Shown here piece by piece: positions 1-11,699 of a stretch of DNA of 64,000 bases; within the stretch, counting starts at the first letter, position 1, and each line of letters starts with the position of its first letter. Source of the stretch: Epiperipatus broadwayi (lineage: Eukaryota; Animalia; Onychophora). The stretch spans positions 6,634,001 to 6,698,000 of the forward strand of contig JAQFVV010000006.1 in assembly GCA_028023455.1 (NCBI GenBank). Direction: 5' to 3'. The notes beneath the pieces were generated by a model. The model saw only the letters and a program-made list of their open reading frames with translations. It did no database searches and was not told the origin of the DNA. Position numbers and translations under genes: made by a program.

Positions 1-699
1 TACATAGTTAATAAATTTTAAAACATTCATATATTTAAAATAGTCTAATACGACCGTTCAATCTCTAAACATCATGCTATATGAAGAACATCACATTTTG
101 CGATTAGTGTATCCATTTGACATGTCCATAACCTAGAACTCAAATCCAGACAAAGCTTGTTAAGCTTAAATGTTTATTCAAGTTAAGGCCAGATTTAGAA
201 TTTTTCTTTCAAATAGACTTCCAAAGCTAACCCACCTAAGTATCCCAATACTGGGTAGTTAATGAATATCCAGTTATTCTTCTCAATAGGATTAAACAAA
301 AAAGAAAAATTATTCAAACTCTTATCAACACACAATTAGCAATCCTGATGAATTTCTCAATAGAGAGCTCTTACTGCACCCTTTGCTTTATAATAGGTTA
401 TTTATCTTTCTGCCTTTTTTTTAACATATTGTAAAGACAGGGTCACCAATTTGCTCTCTACTGCATTTAAAGTTTTCAGATGGGCCGTGAATATTTTCCA
501 GATGTTAAAATAAAAATCATAAATTACTATAGATGTGCAACAAGTGTTTACATTTTTTTGTAGAGTAGCTTAGGCCTCTTATGAAATATGCTACGTTGGT
601 ACAAACCTATAAAGTTCCAATTTCATTATTGCCATTCAAATATGGTTTGCAATTATGCTTTTAGTCAGCAATACAAGAAAACAACCAATGGGTTCTGTG

Positions 700-1000
700 A
701 CTTTGTATGCATGACTTGTAACAATAATAAAAAAATTTATAATAACCATGTGGTCTACATCTTTACCTATGATATTCCATGAGACTCTATATGTATGATA
801 ATAGTCAAACAATTTGTAACAACCATGTTGTTTACAGCTTTAGCTAGGATGGTCCATGAGGTTCTGTATATATGACAATAGTCAAACAATTTGTATCAAC
901 TATGTGGTCTACATAATTATCTATGATGCTTTGTATGTATGATAATAGTCAAACACTTATAACCATGTGGTATACATCTTTACCTACGGTAATCCATGAG
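700..1000. repeat. Tandem repeat, 77-bp unit, about 4 diverged copies
   Basis: AAC(C/T)ATGT(G/T)G recurs at 744, 821, 898 and 961 (last unit deleted); each unit also contains TA(T)GA(T/C)AATAGTCAAACA. Confidence 0.85.
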
Positions 1001-1429
1001 TATTTGAGATTAATTATAAGAGTGTGATTTTAAGCCCATTTGTAAAAAATTATAAATTTTTTAACCAATTTTAACCCATTTCTCCAAAAAAAGAAATACT
1101 TTTATGGCTAGTTACTGTAATTCTTGAATATGGGTTTTATTGAATCTTTAACAAATAAACAGCTTCTGAAGTGTTTATTGTGCCATAAAATGTTATTAAA
1201 TAAAGTACTAAGTTAAGTTATTCAGACATCAGTGGATAGTAGGGAAATTATACTGTTAACAAGAGTACAAATAAAAGTGGTAGGTAAAAAGATTGATAAC
1301 TCTGCTATGAAGATAAATCTCCAAGTTTATTAGCTACTTTTCTTTTTTTCAGTAATGGAAAAGAAGAAATGACATCTCTCTAATATGTGTCTTTTGTGGG
1401 GAGTACATTAACATTTCTGGATCAACTTG

Positions 1430-2030
1430 GATTATCCAAAGACATATATCTTCTCCTTTACCTTTTTTGAGTTTCTCTTCATATATATTAAATGTTTTTT
1501 ATCAACTCCTCTTACAAACTTTAATGCAATCTTTTTTTATAATTCCTTCTTTATTTTGCTTACAGTTTCGACTGTTCTTCATCAAATATTTCTATGTAGA
1601 GAGAGAAGTGAAAGTTATAGAAAGCTCTGATGAAGTCTGTAGAGAGGGAAGTGAAAGTTAAAACTCTGATGAAGACTGCAGGACTGTCAAAACTGTAAGC
1701 AAAATAAAGAAGGAATTACAAAAAAAGATTGCATTAAAGTGTATAGGAGATGATACTTTTTTTTAATACATATGAATATATGAAGAGAAATGAAAAAAAA
1801 AAGTAGATATACAATTAATAAAAAAGCTAGGAAAAAGAAAAGACATGATGGATTAAAAAAATTAAAGGATTTACAGTTGCAGAGAGAGAAGTGAAAGTTA
1901 TAGAAAGCTCTAATGAAGATTGCAGGAGAGTCAAAAGTATAAGCATAATAAAGAAGGAATTATAAAAAAGATTGCATTAAAGTGTATAAGAGGAGATGAT
2001 AAAAAATTTTTTTAAATATATATGAATTAT
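1430..2030. mobile_element. HHR family B (PLE pLTR-like): one inverted arm plus two tandem arms, degenerate
   Basis: Minus arm about 1440-1590 (GCTTACAGTTTCGACTG...TTCATCA). Plus arms about 1595-1800 and 1880-2030 carry CTGATGAAGACTGCAGGACTGTCAAAACTGTAAGC (1666) and CTAATGAAGATTGC. Same family as 5.2, 14.1 and 54.2 kb. Confidence 0.75.
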
Positions 2031-2551
2031 CCAAAGATCTTCTTTAAAAATGACTAAATACACATTTATTAACCAGGCCAGTATCATCACAAAAAATATA
2101 TATTCATCTAAACAATTTACCTTGATCCAGAACAGGAACCACAACCTTTATGAACTAGTCAGCACTTTTAATCTCAACTAAATATATTACCAAGTCCACT
2201 TACTTATAAATATATTATTACTATCACTGGAATGATATATTGTTTTAGCAGTAATTATGTCAATGCAATATTCTATTGTTTACACTCTTTTTATTTACTT
2301 ATTTGCTGCTCTCTCGCATGATTTGTTAACTTATTTATTTTCATTTTTGTTTATGCTCATTTTCTTATGATAGTGAACTTTCTCAGTGTTGCTTATTCGT
2401 AACTATAGTTAAATTATTGACTGAGATATGACCAAGTCATGTGATCTTAGAAATAATTAGATTGCTACTGATAGTAGTTTTCTTGGTAGCAAAGCTTAGT
2501 AGTCATATGCCCCCATACTGATGTTTTTTACATATATCTTCATACTTTCAA

Positions 2552-2690
2552 TTAGGGTAAGGATCTCATCAAGTTTAATCCACTTTCTGAAAGATTCTCT
2601 TCTCCACGTAACTCCATAAAATTTCCTTAACCATCTCACATGTAGTCTCTTTCTATATCTTTTATGATCTCTTGAGATGCAGCACAACCA
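2552..2690 (-). mobile_element. RTE-clade LINE 3' fragment
   Basis: Minus ORF 2496-2723 contains KRYRKRLHVRWLRKFYGVTWRRE..RKWIKLDE, matching the C-terminus of ORF 10093-10818. Confidence 0.8.
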
Positions 2691-2814
2691 TGTATATAAA
2701 TACACATATACATGTACCATCATATTTTTATGGCCTTTACCAGTACATAATCCATATCAACTCTACCATATCACAAAGAGTACAAACACACATAAAATAT
2801 ATGTTTAGCGAATG

Positions 2815-3295
2815 AATTTAATCATAGAATTAAACTTGGGTGAAATGCTTTTGCTAAAAATAATTAATAAAAGGAAGTATGGCCGTGTGTTTGAAAAATG
2901 GAGGGATATTACTAGATCCAATACATGGACACTGAATAGAAATGCAATACAGATACATCAGATTCCATACTGATATCTGTTAGAAATAAAAAGGAATCAT
3001 TAATTGAAAACATGTGATTAACAATATGATCAGGTAACATTGACAGAATTAAGGGGGCGAAGAAGCTAGAATGGATAAAAAGATGACAATGAATGAACAG
3101 CTGAAATTGTAAATTGAATTCCAGTGGATTGGAAAAGATTTAGAAAGAAACAAGATATGAAATAGATGGATGATATATGAAAGTTTGCTGGTGACCATGA
3201 TATGAAGAAGAAAGTTATGGGTGGAGGAAAGATGATTAAACATGGATAGATATTCATTTTGCATTGGATCAATTGAAATAATGATGATGATAGTG
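2815..3295 (+). mobile_element. RTE-clade LINE 3' fragment, degenerate
   Basis: ATCATAGAATTAAACTTGG at about 2821 and ...TTGCATTGGATCAATTGAAATAATGATGATGA at about 3260-3290 match 10299-10830; (TGA)n-type tail. Confidence 0.8.
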
Positions 3296-3354
3296 GAGAT
3301 ATTAAGTTCTCTATTCAAAAATAATGGGGGAATAATTTGAGAAATGCAATCGCC

Positions 3355-3415
3355 AAAAAGAACCAGCAGTGGAATTGAACCGACGTCCTCACACTACACA
3401 GTCTTGCACTCTCAC
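3355..3415 (-). pseudogene. tRNA-like fragment (B-box), identity unclear
   Basis: Minus strand reads CAGTGAGAGTGCAAGACTGTGTAGTGTGAGGACGTCGGTTCAATTCCAC, with a GGTTCAATTCC B-box; stems are poor. Confidence 0.35.
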
Positions 3416-4263
3416 TGCGTTTCATTTATTGTTTTCCATTAATAAAAGATCAAAGTTTTATTTACATCCTATAATTATAAGCGCTATTTATCAGAATATT
3501 ACATTTACGTACATAATATCTAATATTTTAACGTACATATTTAAAACAATATATACAAATATAACAATGTAGAGAGCCAGACGAAAAAGAATATTAAACC
3601 AACAACATATTTTTAAACATTTATCTTTCCAACTGCGCACATATGTTCTTTCTACCTTCTCAATGATAACTCATGTAAATCTAAATTTATAGCAGCAATC
3701 TAAAATTAAATCAGCCAATGAAGTTTTGTTTTAAAAAATCCTAACCGCATTTTAAATCCTTATATAAGTTTTGAATCTTCTCCAAACTAAATATATCAAT
3801 AGCTTAACAATATTTTTGTATCTTACATCTTCACCAAGAAGATAACCCATATATCTTATCAAATTTCTCCACTCCCGAATTCATTCACCATTACAAATTT
3901 ATCTACTTTTATTATTTTAATAAAACTTTTAATTCTATGTATATCGTTGCTGTTTTTATAATATTACTTCATTTAAGAACATTATCCGTAATATATTTAA
4001 AAGCATTATCTGGTGATAGCAATTATTAGGGAGAATATATAGTGTTTGTTTATATTGGTTTAATAGCAATTATTAGCCGGGAGAATAAATGAAGGGTTTG
4101 TTTATATTGATTTATTTTGTACCTAAGAGAATTACACCTATTAAAACCTATACATGCTTTTTTTAATTCCCGTAATGCCAAATAAATAAAAACAATGAAT
4201 TTGTTCGTGTAACTATAAACATATGTGTTAATATAATGCAGACTAGTATAAATATCTTGGTAG

Positions 4264-4372
4264 GTTTTTTTTTCATATGTCAAAGCATCGGCCGGCAAGC
4301 AAACACAACAACTGTCTGCAAGCAACTGCTTGCAAGGCGGCTGCGCTGACCTCTCGACTACCAAGGCTTGGC
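4264..4372 (-). mobile_element. Short tRNA-Gly(TCC)-derived SINE with poly(A) and 12-bp TSD
   Basis: Minus strand GCCTTGGTAGTCGAGAGGTCAGCGCAGCCGCCTTGCAAGCAGTTG...CCGGCCGATGCTTTGACATATG(A)9 resembles metazoan tRNA-Gly-TCC. TSD ATATCTTGGTAG at 4252-4263 and 4373-4384. Confidence 0.85.
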
Positions 4373-4639
4373 ATATCTTGGTAGTTTTATAAGTAGAAAT
4401 GTGAATTTGGATGTTGAGATAAAACACAGATTCTACGTGTTGCTGGTGTTTTAAACAAGTTAAAATATTTCATCACAGATAAATACCTACTGCAATTAAG
4501 CTAGCTGTATATAGAATTATTATTTTATCTAATTTATTGTATGGAAATGATTTAATTTAAGGATGTTATATAAACATTTAAAAATACAATAGCAAGGTCA
4601 TAAAAACAATCAACATATTTATCAACTTGCTGGATCTGG

Positions 4640-4990
4640 AACTATAGAAGCAACTATTGTAAAACCACACTCGTTGGATTGGATATGTCAAATTAATAAA
4701 TGATACAAGACTTCCTAAGAGAGTGTTTTATGGTCTACATTATAAGGATTATCCCAAAGGCATTTCAAAGCAGTATAAAGTTAATTGCTCCCAGTGAGTA
4801 GATATGGCAGAAGATAGAGTCCATTGGAGAATTACAATTAAGATTGGAGTTGAAGTAATTCAGAAAGGAGTTTTCTGCAGAAGAAATTAAAGCAATATCA
4901 TAAAATATCAAGCAAAAAGAAAAATGAGCCAATCATGTTCTATTTGTGGTTCACAAATAGGTTTGCATAGTTATTGCATAACTCATTTCC
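4640..4990 (+). mobile_element. RTE/BovB-like LINE 3' end, degenerate
   Basis: Remnant translations RWIGYV..INDTRLPKRVFYG, DMAEDRVHWRITIKIGVE and terminal SCSICGSQIGLHSYCITH resemble the BovB-like C-terminus (CxxC..GLxSHxRxH). Confidence 0.65.
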
Positions 4991-5019
4991 TTTCTCTTTG
5001 GGGGGGGGGGGTTAGAATA

Positions 5020-5310
5020 ACTTTTATTCATCTTTTTTTACTTTCTTTGCATACCTTTCTTCATATATATATATGCTTATAATACTTCTTTCATATACGC
5101 TTCAATGCAAGCAAATTTTCTTAAAAAAAACTTATTTTTTTTACAGTTACTTTAAAAACCTGTTACTTTAAAGGAGAGGAGGTTTGATAAAGCTCTGATG
5201 AAGACTGCTGTACAGTCGAAACTGTAATGAAAATAAAGAAGTTTTTTTTAAAAAAATTTCCTTGCATTGAAGAATATATGAAAGAAGTATTATAAGCAAT
5301 ATATATATAT
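5020..5310. mobile_element. HHR family B fold-back, tail on left
   Basis: 5070-5150 is the reverse complement of 5220-5310; the tail at 5020-5070 matches the 14265-14300 tail in reverse. Confidence 0.8.
5191..5229 (+). ncRNA. Type I hammerhead motif, family B (core intact, helix I weakened)
   Basis: AGCU-CUGAUGA(5195-5201)-A-GACUG cugua CAGUC-GAAAC(5218-5222)-U-GUA(5224-5226). Helix II is a perfect 5 bp; helix I keeps 1 bp (the 1666 copy has AGC after GUA). Confidence 0.8.
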
Positions 5311-5343
5311 ACAAGTTAGCATAACCCTACTCATTTATGAATA

Positions 5344-5347
<4 letters not shown>

Positions 5348-5381
<34 letters not shown>
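5348..5381. repeat. (ATT)n microsatellite
   Basis: About 11 perfect ATT units. Confidence 0.95.
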
Positions 5382-5383
<2 letters not shown>

Positions 5384-6413
5384 AAAATTCAGATAATAAT
5401 TTCAAGATGGAGGTCCAATGCAGGTTTTTCTTGTGTTACAACCAAAACAATGAATATTAAATATTTACAAGTTTCACATTGTTTTATGTGTAGTAGTTAT
5501 ATATATATCATCGCATTACTTTTTATAAGATTTAGTGCTGCAGTAGATTGGCTAATCTGATAGATCTATGGATCAAAAATCAACTTTATTATTTTCAATG
5601 TTCAAATGACCTCCCAAGTAGTAAACCACTCTATGCAGATTCTGTGCAGTTCAATGCAGATGGATTAAAAACTGAATCCCTAGATTCCAGCTCAAACCTG
5701 GTTTTTCCAGTATTTAAAATGATGTGACCTCTAAATCAGGGTTCAACAAATTTTTAAACATGAAGAACGATTTTGTTTAAATATATCTCCTGCTCCTACA
5801 CCCCCTTCCCACACACACATACACACACAAAAGAGCAGCAAGAAAAGAGGTAAAAAATAGATTCATGGAAAATATGAATTTATGAATATCTGTGGATATA
5901 TTTGAACATTTATTTTTATAATAGAACATAACAGAATCAGTATACATCATAACAAAAATAAAAACTCTCTTAAAGATAAATATTTAAAAGCAAAAAATTA
6001 CTTTGACAGTTTGATTTATTCATAAATTTCTAATATTTAAATATTCATCGTACACAATAATTACTATTCTATAAGAAGGCTGAATTCAAAAAACAAAGCC
6101 TGCTATAAAGCCATTTTTTCTCTCCTAGAATCATCAAAATAGTTATTTACAAATTAAAAACAGAAATTAAAAATGTGCATGTTTATCATGATAAAAAGAG
6201 CCACAAAATTGGGATCAAGGAATTGTCGCAATTTGTCAACTCCTGCTCTAGATAATATTATATAAATTTAAATTATAAATTTGTGCATATATATATCTGC
6301 AAATATATATGCGACTGTGGTTATCCCCCCCCCCCCTCAAATACATATTGTTTACAATAAGCAAGTTGTAATGAAATAATATTTTTTATATAGGGCTATG
6401 TTTTATAAACAAT

Positions 6414-6638
6414 AATAATAATCAGTTATTAAGCTAATGCACATGCGCTTTGAAGATTTAAATTATAAATGAATACTCTTGATTCCAAACACAAGATAGT
6501 CTTTTTGAAAAGATAGAATGAATCCAGTGTTTATTCTATCTTTTCAAAAAGACTATCTTGTGTTTGGAATCGAGAGTATTCATTTATAATTTAAATCTTC
6601 AAAGTGCATGTGCATTAGCTTAATAGCTGATTATTATT
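6414..6638. repeat. Near-perfect palindrome, about 108-bp arms and 8-nt loop
   Basis: 6414-6522 is the reverse complement of 6531-6638, with about 4 transition mismatches; loop TCCAGTGT. Confidence 0.95.
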
Positions 6639-6699
6639 AATAAGCAAGATGGTATATTCAATATAGTTTCTCCAACATCACAACTTAATATTTTTAATC

Positions 6700-6985
6700 A
6701 TTATTTGTCCATTGCAGTTAAATTCATTTTTTCTGATCTCTGGGCTTTTTTCTCCATATCAAACTAGCAAACCTTTTTATTTCATCTGCCCAGATCACAT
6801 CTCTTGAAATCCAGTTCAAGTCTTCTAACTGTCCACCTATTATCACCTCTTCTAGTAATTAATATGTCCTGCCCAATTTCATTTCGGTCTCTTAATTTTT
6901 TCAATGAGGTCAGTCATACCTGTTTATCCTCTTATCCAGGTATTTTATTTTTCATCTTTTATATTACCCTCTATATAGTCTCACA
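6700..6985 (-). mobile_element. RTE LINE 3' fragment
   Basis: CTTAATTTTTTCAATGAGGTCAGTCATACCTGTT is the reverse complement of 10549-10585 (ACAGGTGTTACTGACCTCATTGAAAAAATTAAA). Confidence 0.8.
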
Positions 6986-8189
6986 ATAATGTAATGAGAA
7001 GTCTGAAATCTCTATATTACTCTTCTGTTAAAAGACTAAGCCTTGATCCATAAGTGAGAATTGGTGTTCCAAGCATACAGGGGTATTTCCTTTTAAATAT
7101 TAATGTAGAAACTTAAATACTTATCTTTTTCACAGATGCATTGTATATATACTTTATGTACAATATATATATACATTTTCTAGAAGGCCATGATTTGGTA
7201 CAGTGATAGAGCAACAAACTTAAGAGCAAAGGATTCCTAAATTGAAGCTCAACTCTGACATTTTCTGTGATTGTTGGAGATAAGACTGTAATCCATTTAA
7301 TAAATAGTCATATGGTTATATTTGGGAAGATCACATGATGTTCAAGCACTCTAGTGATGACTTATAATAAACAGTTTAAATAATCTTATGGTTAATTTCT
7401 TGGTGTGTTGGGCGATGTTCAACCACTCTTATGGTGTTCCAACTAGCAGTTCAAAGAATCGTAATTTCTTAGGGGGTTAGGTAAAGTTCAAACACTCTAG
7501 AGGTGTTTGAGAAAAATATTTACTGTACCATAAATTAACACATGCAAAAATAAAATCATTTTATTATGATATGCATGATTATAAACTAATCCAAAAAGTA
7601 TATCCAATAAAACATAAAAGATTACACACAGGAGAGAGACCTTTATATTATAATCTGTGTGAATTTAGATTATATCTTCAAAATACTTGCTACCACATGT
7701 AGGAAGAAAAAAATTCTTAGTTATTTTCATGTGGTTTCAGATGATATTCAATCATTTGAATACAATAGTTCAAATAATTGCATGGTTAATTTCTCAGGGT
7801 ATCATACAATGCTCATGCACCCTGTTGGTGTTTGAGCACAACAATTCACACAGTTGTATGGTTAACTTCTTGAGAAGTCAGATAATGTTCATGCACCCTA
7901 ATGATGACTGAACACAAGTTTTATACATGTGTCTTATTTTTTTTATTTACATAATTCTGATGAGAATCTTTCTCCTTGAATTTTCTTTATAAATTCCCAT
8001 TTGCACCAAACCATATAACTTAATAATGCTAATATGTAGTAATGTTTCCCACTTATGGCAAATTATATAATAGGCAGTAGAACACTGTAATTACAGTTTA
8101 TAACTTAATCATCATCAGTGGTGTTTTGACTCTGCTTGCCATTTTCTCAACATAGTCCTGTATCTTAAAATTTTTTAATAGCAAATCCT

Positions 8190-8400
8190 CTTTCCCTCAC
8201 TTTAATGGTGTCATCTAGTGTACATTTGAGCAATCAAGTATGCTAGATGGTGGCATTTAATAATTCTCTAACTAGGGCTGTATTATCCATATCTCCAGAT
8301 TAGTTTCAAGCTTATGTCTTTTATCAGTGAGAAGTTTTAGATAGGTTTTATTGCAGCTAGAATTTTTTATATCTAATGCACTTTCATTCAGCAGCCATCT
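8190..8400 (-). mobile_element. Old family A-like HHR element, degenerate
   Basis: Minus strand CTCA-CTGATAA-AAGACATAAGCTT-GAAAC-TA-ATC-TGGAGATATGGAT at 8295-8331; core G8 is mutated. Confidence 0.6.
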
Positions 8401-8659
8401 TTTTTTTTAAAACAAAGATCTTTATTAGGCAAAATTTTTATAGGAATTTGGAAAAACGATTTACAATTCAATTAGACATTATAAAATATATCATGAAATA
8501 ACGTACACATAAAATGATGTACAAATTACACAAATTGAGGTCAACGTGGCCATGGAAATAATATTGGCATCATCATGGAATTGGGCCTTTCATCATCATA
8601 TTTTCAGTGGTATGGATAGCTAAAGAGTTAGTGGTTGGAGTAGATTGAACCCAGTCCAT

Positions 8660-8885
8660 TAAATTATGAAGATTTGCTATCTTAATATAAACTGAACCCT
8701 GAATTATATCTATGCATGGGATATGATAATCTGGACCAACTGATGAGTGCTGGTTTGGCATGAAATATGTATATTGGTGATTATTTATCTTTTCTATATG
8801 TGTGTGGTCATGTGTATCGGTGGTATGAGATAGTGTGGATAGTTGATGGGTACTTGAAAGTATGAGTTTAAATCCCCTATATTTA
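8660..8885 (+). mobile_element. HHR family C (subfamily C2) element
   Basis: Homologous along its length to 63620-63830 (minus); its 3' part matches 31290-31420 (minus) and the hairpin at 13251-13378. Confidence 0.75.
8735..8778 (+). ncRNA. Type I hammerhead ribozyme, apparently complete
   Basis: ACCAA-CUGAUGA(8740-8746)-GUGCU gguuu GGCAU-GAAAU(8762-8766)-AUGU-AUA(8771-8773)/UUGGU. Helix I is 5 bp perfect, helix II 5 bp with G-U ends, helix III 3 bp; predicted cleavage after 8773. Confidence 0.85.
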
Positions 8886-9507
8886 AAAACTGCTATAGCA
8901 AAGTATATGAAAATGAAAATAAAACAAACAGAGGGGAACAATTATCTATTTATAATGGAGTCAGAAGAAAGACTAGACTCCAGGTAGCATCAATAATGTC
9001 AGGAGGGGCAAGTGCTCGATCTCTATTTTAATTTTTAGAATTTTATTAAAAAATAGTGATTGCGTTGTCCTGGATGTAGGGTTGAAGCAAAAATGGCATC
9101 TTAGGAACTAAAGGGTAAACATATGAAAAATAATAACTGAAAGGGAAATGATATCATTTCATGATATGCATGAGAATAGCAATAGAGAAAGCACAGAATT
9201 TAGTAAATGACTAAAAAAAAATTTCTTTAGGTATAAGAGCAGGACACTGGAGCAGAAAATGAATTGGTTTTTCAAAACTTATAATAAAGGGAACAAAGGG
9301 GATCAATATTGGCACCCACCATTGTGACTGGTAGTTAGGGCTTCTAAATTGATTTTCCAGCAGCACCTTTTACTGTCAAGGTATGGCCTAAATTTCAAAA
9401 ATGTTTCGATGTTTTCAACCTAGGCTAACTGGCTTGTATAGTTATATACAGTAGCAAGAAAAACGAGATAAAGGGAATTTGCTAAAAGCATTGTGTAATC
9501 TGGGATT

Positions 9508-9990
9508 CCTGCAGCTCTGAAGCATTATTTGCAAAAACAACTACATCATCAGCGAAATCTAAATGACTTAAATAATCGCCATTTACGTTCACTCCTTTAG
9601 CTTTCCATTTTAATCCACAAAATATTTCTTGCAGCACTGCTGTAAAAAGTTTTGGAGATATGGAGTCACCCTGTCTTACACCCTTCTCGATGTTGATTTT
9701 TCTATTATCATTATGTAATATAATTGTTGCTGTTGCATTTTTATAAATATTCTTTAAAATATGACAATATCCTGGATCTACAACCTGATGATCCAATGCT
9801 TTAATCACTGAAGAAATGTTTATAGAATCAAATGCCTATTCATAATCTACAAAGCCTAAGCATAATGGCAACTCATATTCATTTGTCCTTTCTATAACTT
9901 CTCTCAATACTTGGATATAATCTACTGTACTAAAACCATTTTTAAATCAAGCTTGTTCCCTTGGTTGGTGGAAATCCAGTGTTTTCTGTA
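9508..9990 (-). pseudogene. RTE reverse transcriptase, central RT domains, disrupted
   Basis: TLDFHQPREQA*FKNGFSTVDYIQVLREVIERTNEYELPLCLGFVDYE*AFDS...KGVRQGDSISPKLF...LSHLDFADDVVVFANNASELQE; two in-frame stops. Confidence 0.92.
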
Positions 9991-10127
9991 GATGAGTTGT
10001 AAATATCTTACACCCTTTTCAATGTTGAGTTTTCTATTATCATTATGTAATATAATTGTTGCTGTTGCATTTTTATAAATATTCTTTAAAATATGACAAT
10101 ATCCTGGATCTATACCTTGATGATCCA

Positions 10128-10818
10128 AAGTAGGAAAGTAGGACTAAAGATAAATGTTAAAAAGACTAAAGTAATGTTTAATCGATTTGCTCAAAATATG
10201 AAAATAAAGACTGATTATGATGAATTAGAAGAAGTTAACAGTTACAAATATCTTGGTCAGATTATTAATACAGATGGAAACATAATGGAGGAAATTAATC
10301 ATAGAATTAAACTTGGTTGGAGTGCTTTTGGTAGAAATAACTTGATACTAAAAGGAAATATGCCTATGTGTTTGAAAAGGAAGGTTTTTAACAAATGTGT
10401 TTTACCAGTTCTTACTTATGGATCTGAGACTTGGAGACTCAATAGAAGAGCAATACAGAAACTTCAGACCACTCAAAGAAGTATGGAGAGATGTATGTTA
10501 GGAGTAACAAGAAGAGATCAAAACTGCAAGGTATGTGTAAGAGAACAAACAGGTGTTACTGACCTCATTGAAAAAATTAAAAGATTGAAATGGAGTTGGG
10601 CTGGACATATTGCTAGAAGAGATGATAATAGATGGACAATTGAAATTTTAAACTGGATTCCAAGAGATTGTAAAAGACCCAGAAAGAGACCACATGTGAG
10701 ATGGATGGATGAAATAAGAAAATGTGCAGGGGTGATATGGAGAAGAGAAGTTAAAGATCGGAGAAGATGGATTAAACTTGGAGAGACCTTCATCCTGCAG
10801 TGGATTGATAATGGTTGA
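10128..10818 (+). pseudogene. RTE reverse transcriptase C-terminal part
   Basis: ORF 10093-10818: SRKVGLKINVKKTKVM..YKYLG..LKRKVFNKCVLPVLTYGSETW..LKWSWAGHIARRDDNRW..RPRKRPHVRWMD, a typical RTE-1/Expander C-terminus. Confidence 0.95.
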
Positions 10819-11229
10819 TAATGATGATGAATCTGGGATTGTGTGACCTTTTTTTTTAATTCCTAAATCTTAATAAGTTCTTACTTTATAAAAATGCAAG
10901 GGTTAATATTATCTGTAAACAATAACACAAAATAGATTCAAACGATTATAATATAGAGACATTAGCTAATTAAAGTGATTTTCTTATTCTCATTTCCACA
11001 TCAGTAAACATAATTAGTTTTTTATGTTAACAAAAAATACTTCAGAATAATATAATCACGAATGATTACAAAAACAAAATGACCTGGTTAATTGGTTTTT
11101 ATTCTGAGAATTAGAATTTCTTCAAACCTAATAAACTTGTATCTGTCTGAAAGTTTGTGATGATGGTATTTTTATTGTAATTATATGTTTTACTATTTCC
11201 ATCATCTTGTATTATAGTTAAATGTCTTT

Positions 11230-11410
11230 AAAAAACAATTTAAACTTTATTTAAACTTTTTCAAAACATTCAACTGTTAATAAAAACACATGAGTTAGTA
11301 TACAACACAATTTTTTGAGTAATATTGCTCCATCTTCTTCAGGTGTTGCTGGCATGACCAGAGGCAATACTAGTATGGAAATCAAAGTTGGTCCTTTAGA
11401 TTCATACTTT
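11230..11410 (-). mobile_element. Old tRNA-headed SINE-like repeat (family H)
   Basis: Shares GAATCTAAAG...GGTCA...CAGCAACA(C/T)CTGAAGAAGA with about 12520-12690, 19680-19810, 22900-23150, 24640-24895 and 50160-50430. Confidence 0.55.
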
Positions 11411-11509
11411 ATCTTTCCTATTGCATTGCCAAATCCATATAATATTAATATCATCTATGTTCTTTATTACTTTTACAATGCTTTTTTTACAACCTAATAT
11501 ATAAGTAGA

Positions 11510-11550
11510 AGTTCTGAAGAAGATTGCTTGGGCAATTGAAACTGTCAATA
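11510..11550 (+). ncRNA. Type I hammerhead motif, family D
   Basis: AGUU-CUGAAGA(11514-11520)-A-GAUUGC uugg GCAAUU-GAAAC(11538-11542)-U-GUC(11544-11546)/AAUA. Helix II 6 bp, helix I 3 bp. Confidence 0.82.
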
Positions 11551-11662
11551 GTGGATTGTAAAAAATCATTGTAACAAGTAATAAAGAACATACGTGAAGT
11601 TCTGAAGAAGACTTCTGGGGCAATTGAACCTATCATATTAGGTTGTAAAAAAACATTAATAT

Positions 11663-11699
11663 GATAGTTTCGATTGCCTCAGCAATCTTCTTCAGAACT
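11663..11699 (-). ncRNA. Hammerhead motif, family D (helix III mismatch)
   Basis: Minus: CUGAAGA-A-GAUUGC ugag GCAAUC-GAAAC-U-AUC. Perfect 6-bp helix II, but a C-A mismatch in helix III. Confidence 0.65.

Larger units (their letters stand above)
9508..10829. mobile_element. 5'-truncated, 5'-inverted (twin-primed) RTE-clade LINE insertion with 11-bp TSD
   Basis: TSD AATCTGGGATT at 9497-9507 and 10830-10840. (TGA)n tail at 10817-10829. Minus-strand RT segments at 9508-10127, plus-strand 3' segment from 10128. Confidence 0.92.

Noticed and set aside
346-385. Isolated CTGANGA words (346, 7958, 24745; TCATCAG at about 9546)
   Set aside because: No correctly placed GAAA and NUH; the 9546 hit is the FADD codons of the RT.
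4264-4372. Functional tRNA-Ala/Val genes (also 21334, 46700 and 58134)
   Set aside because: The body is Gly-like with a mismatched anticodon, has insertions and broken stems, and carries poly(A) and TSDs, so these are retroposed copies.
10518-10793. 91-aa minus ORF
   Set aside because: Antisense shadow of the RTE RT; likewise 3049-3318 and 6804-6989.
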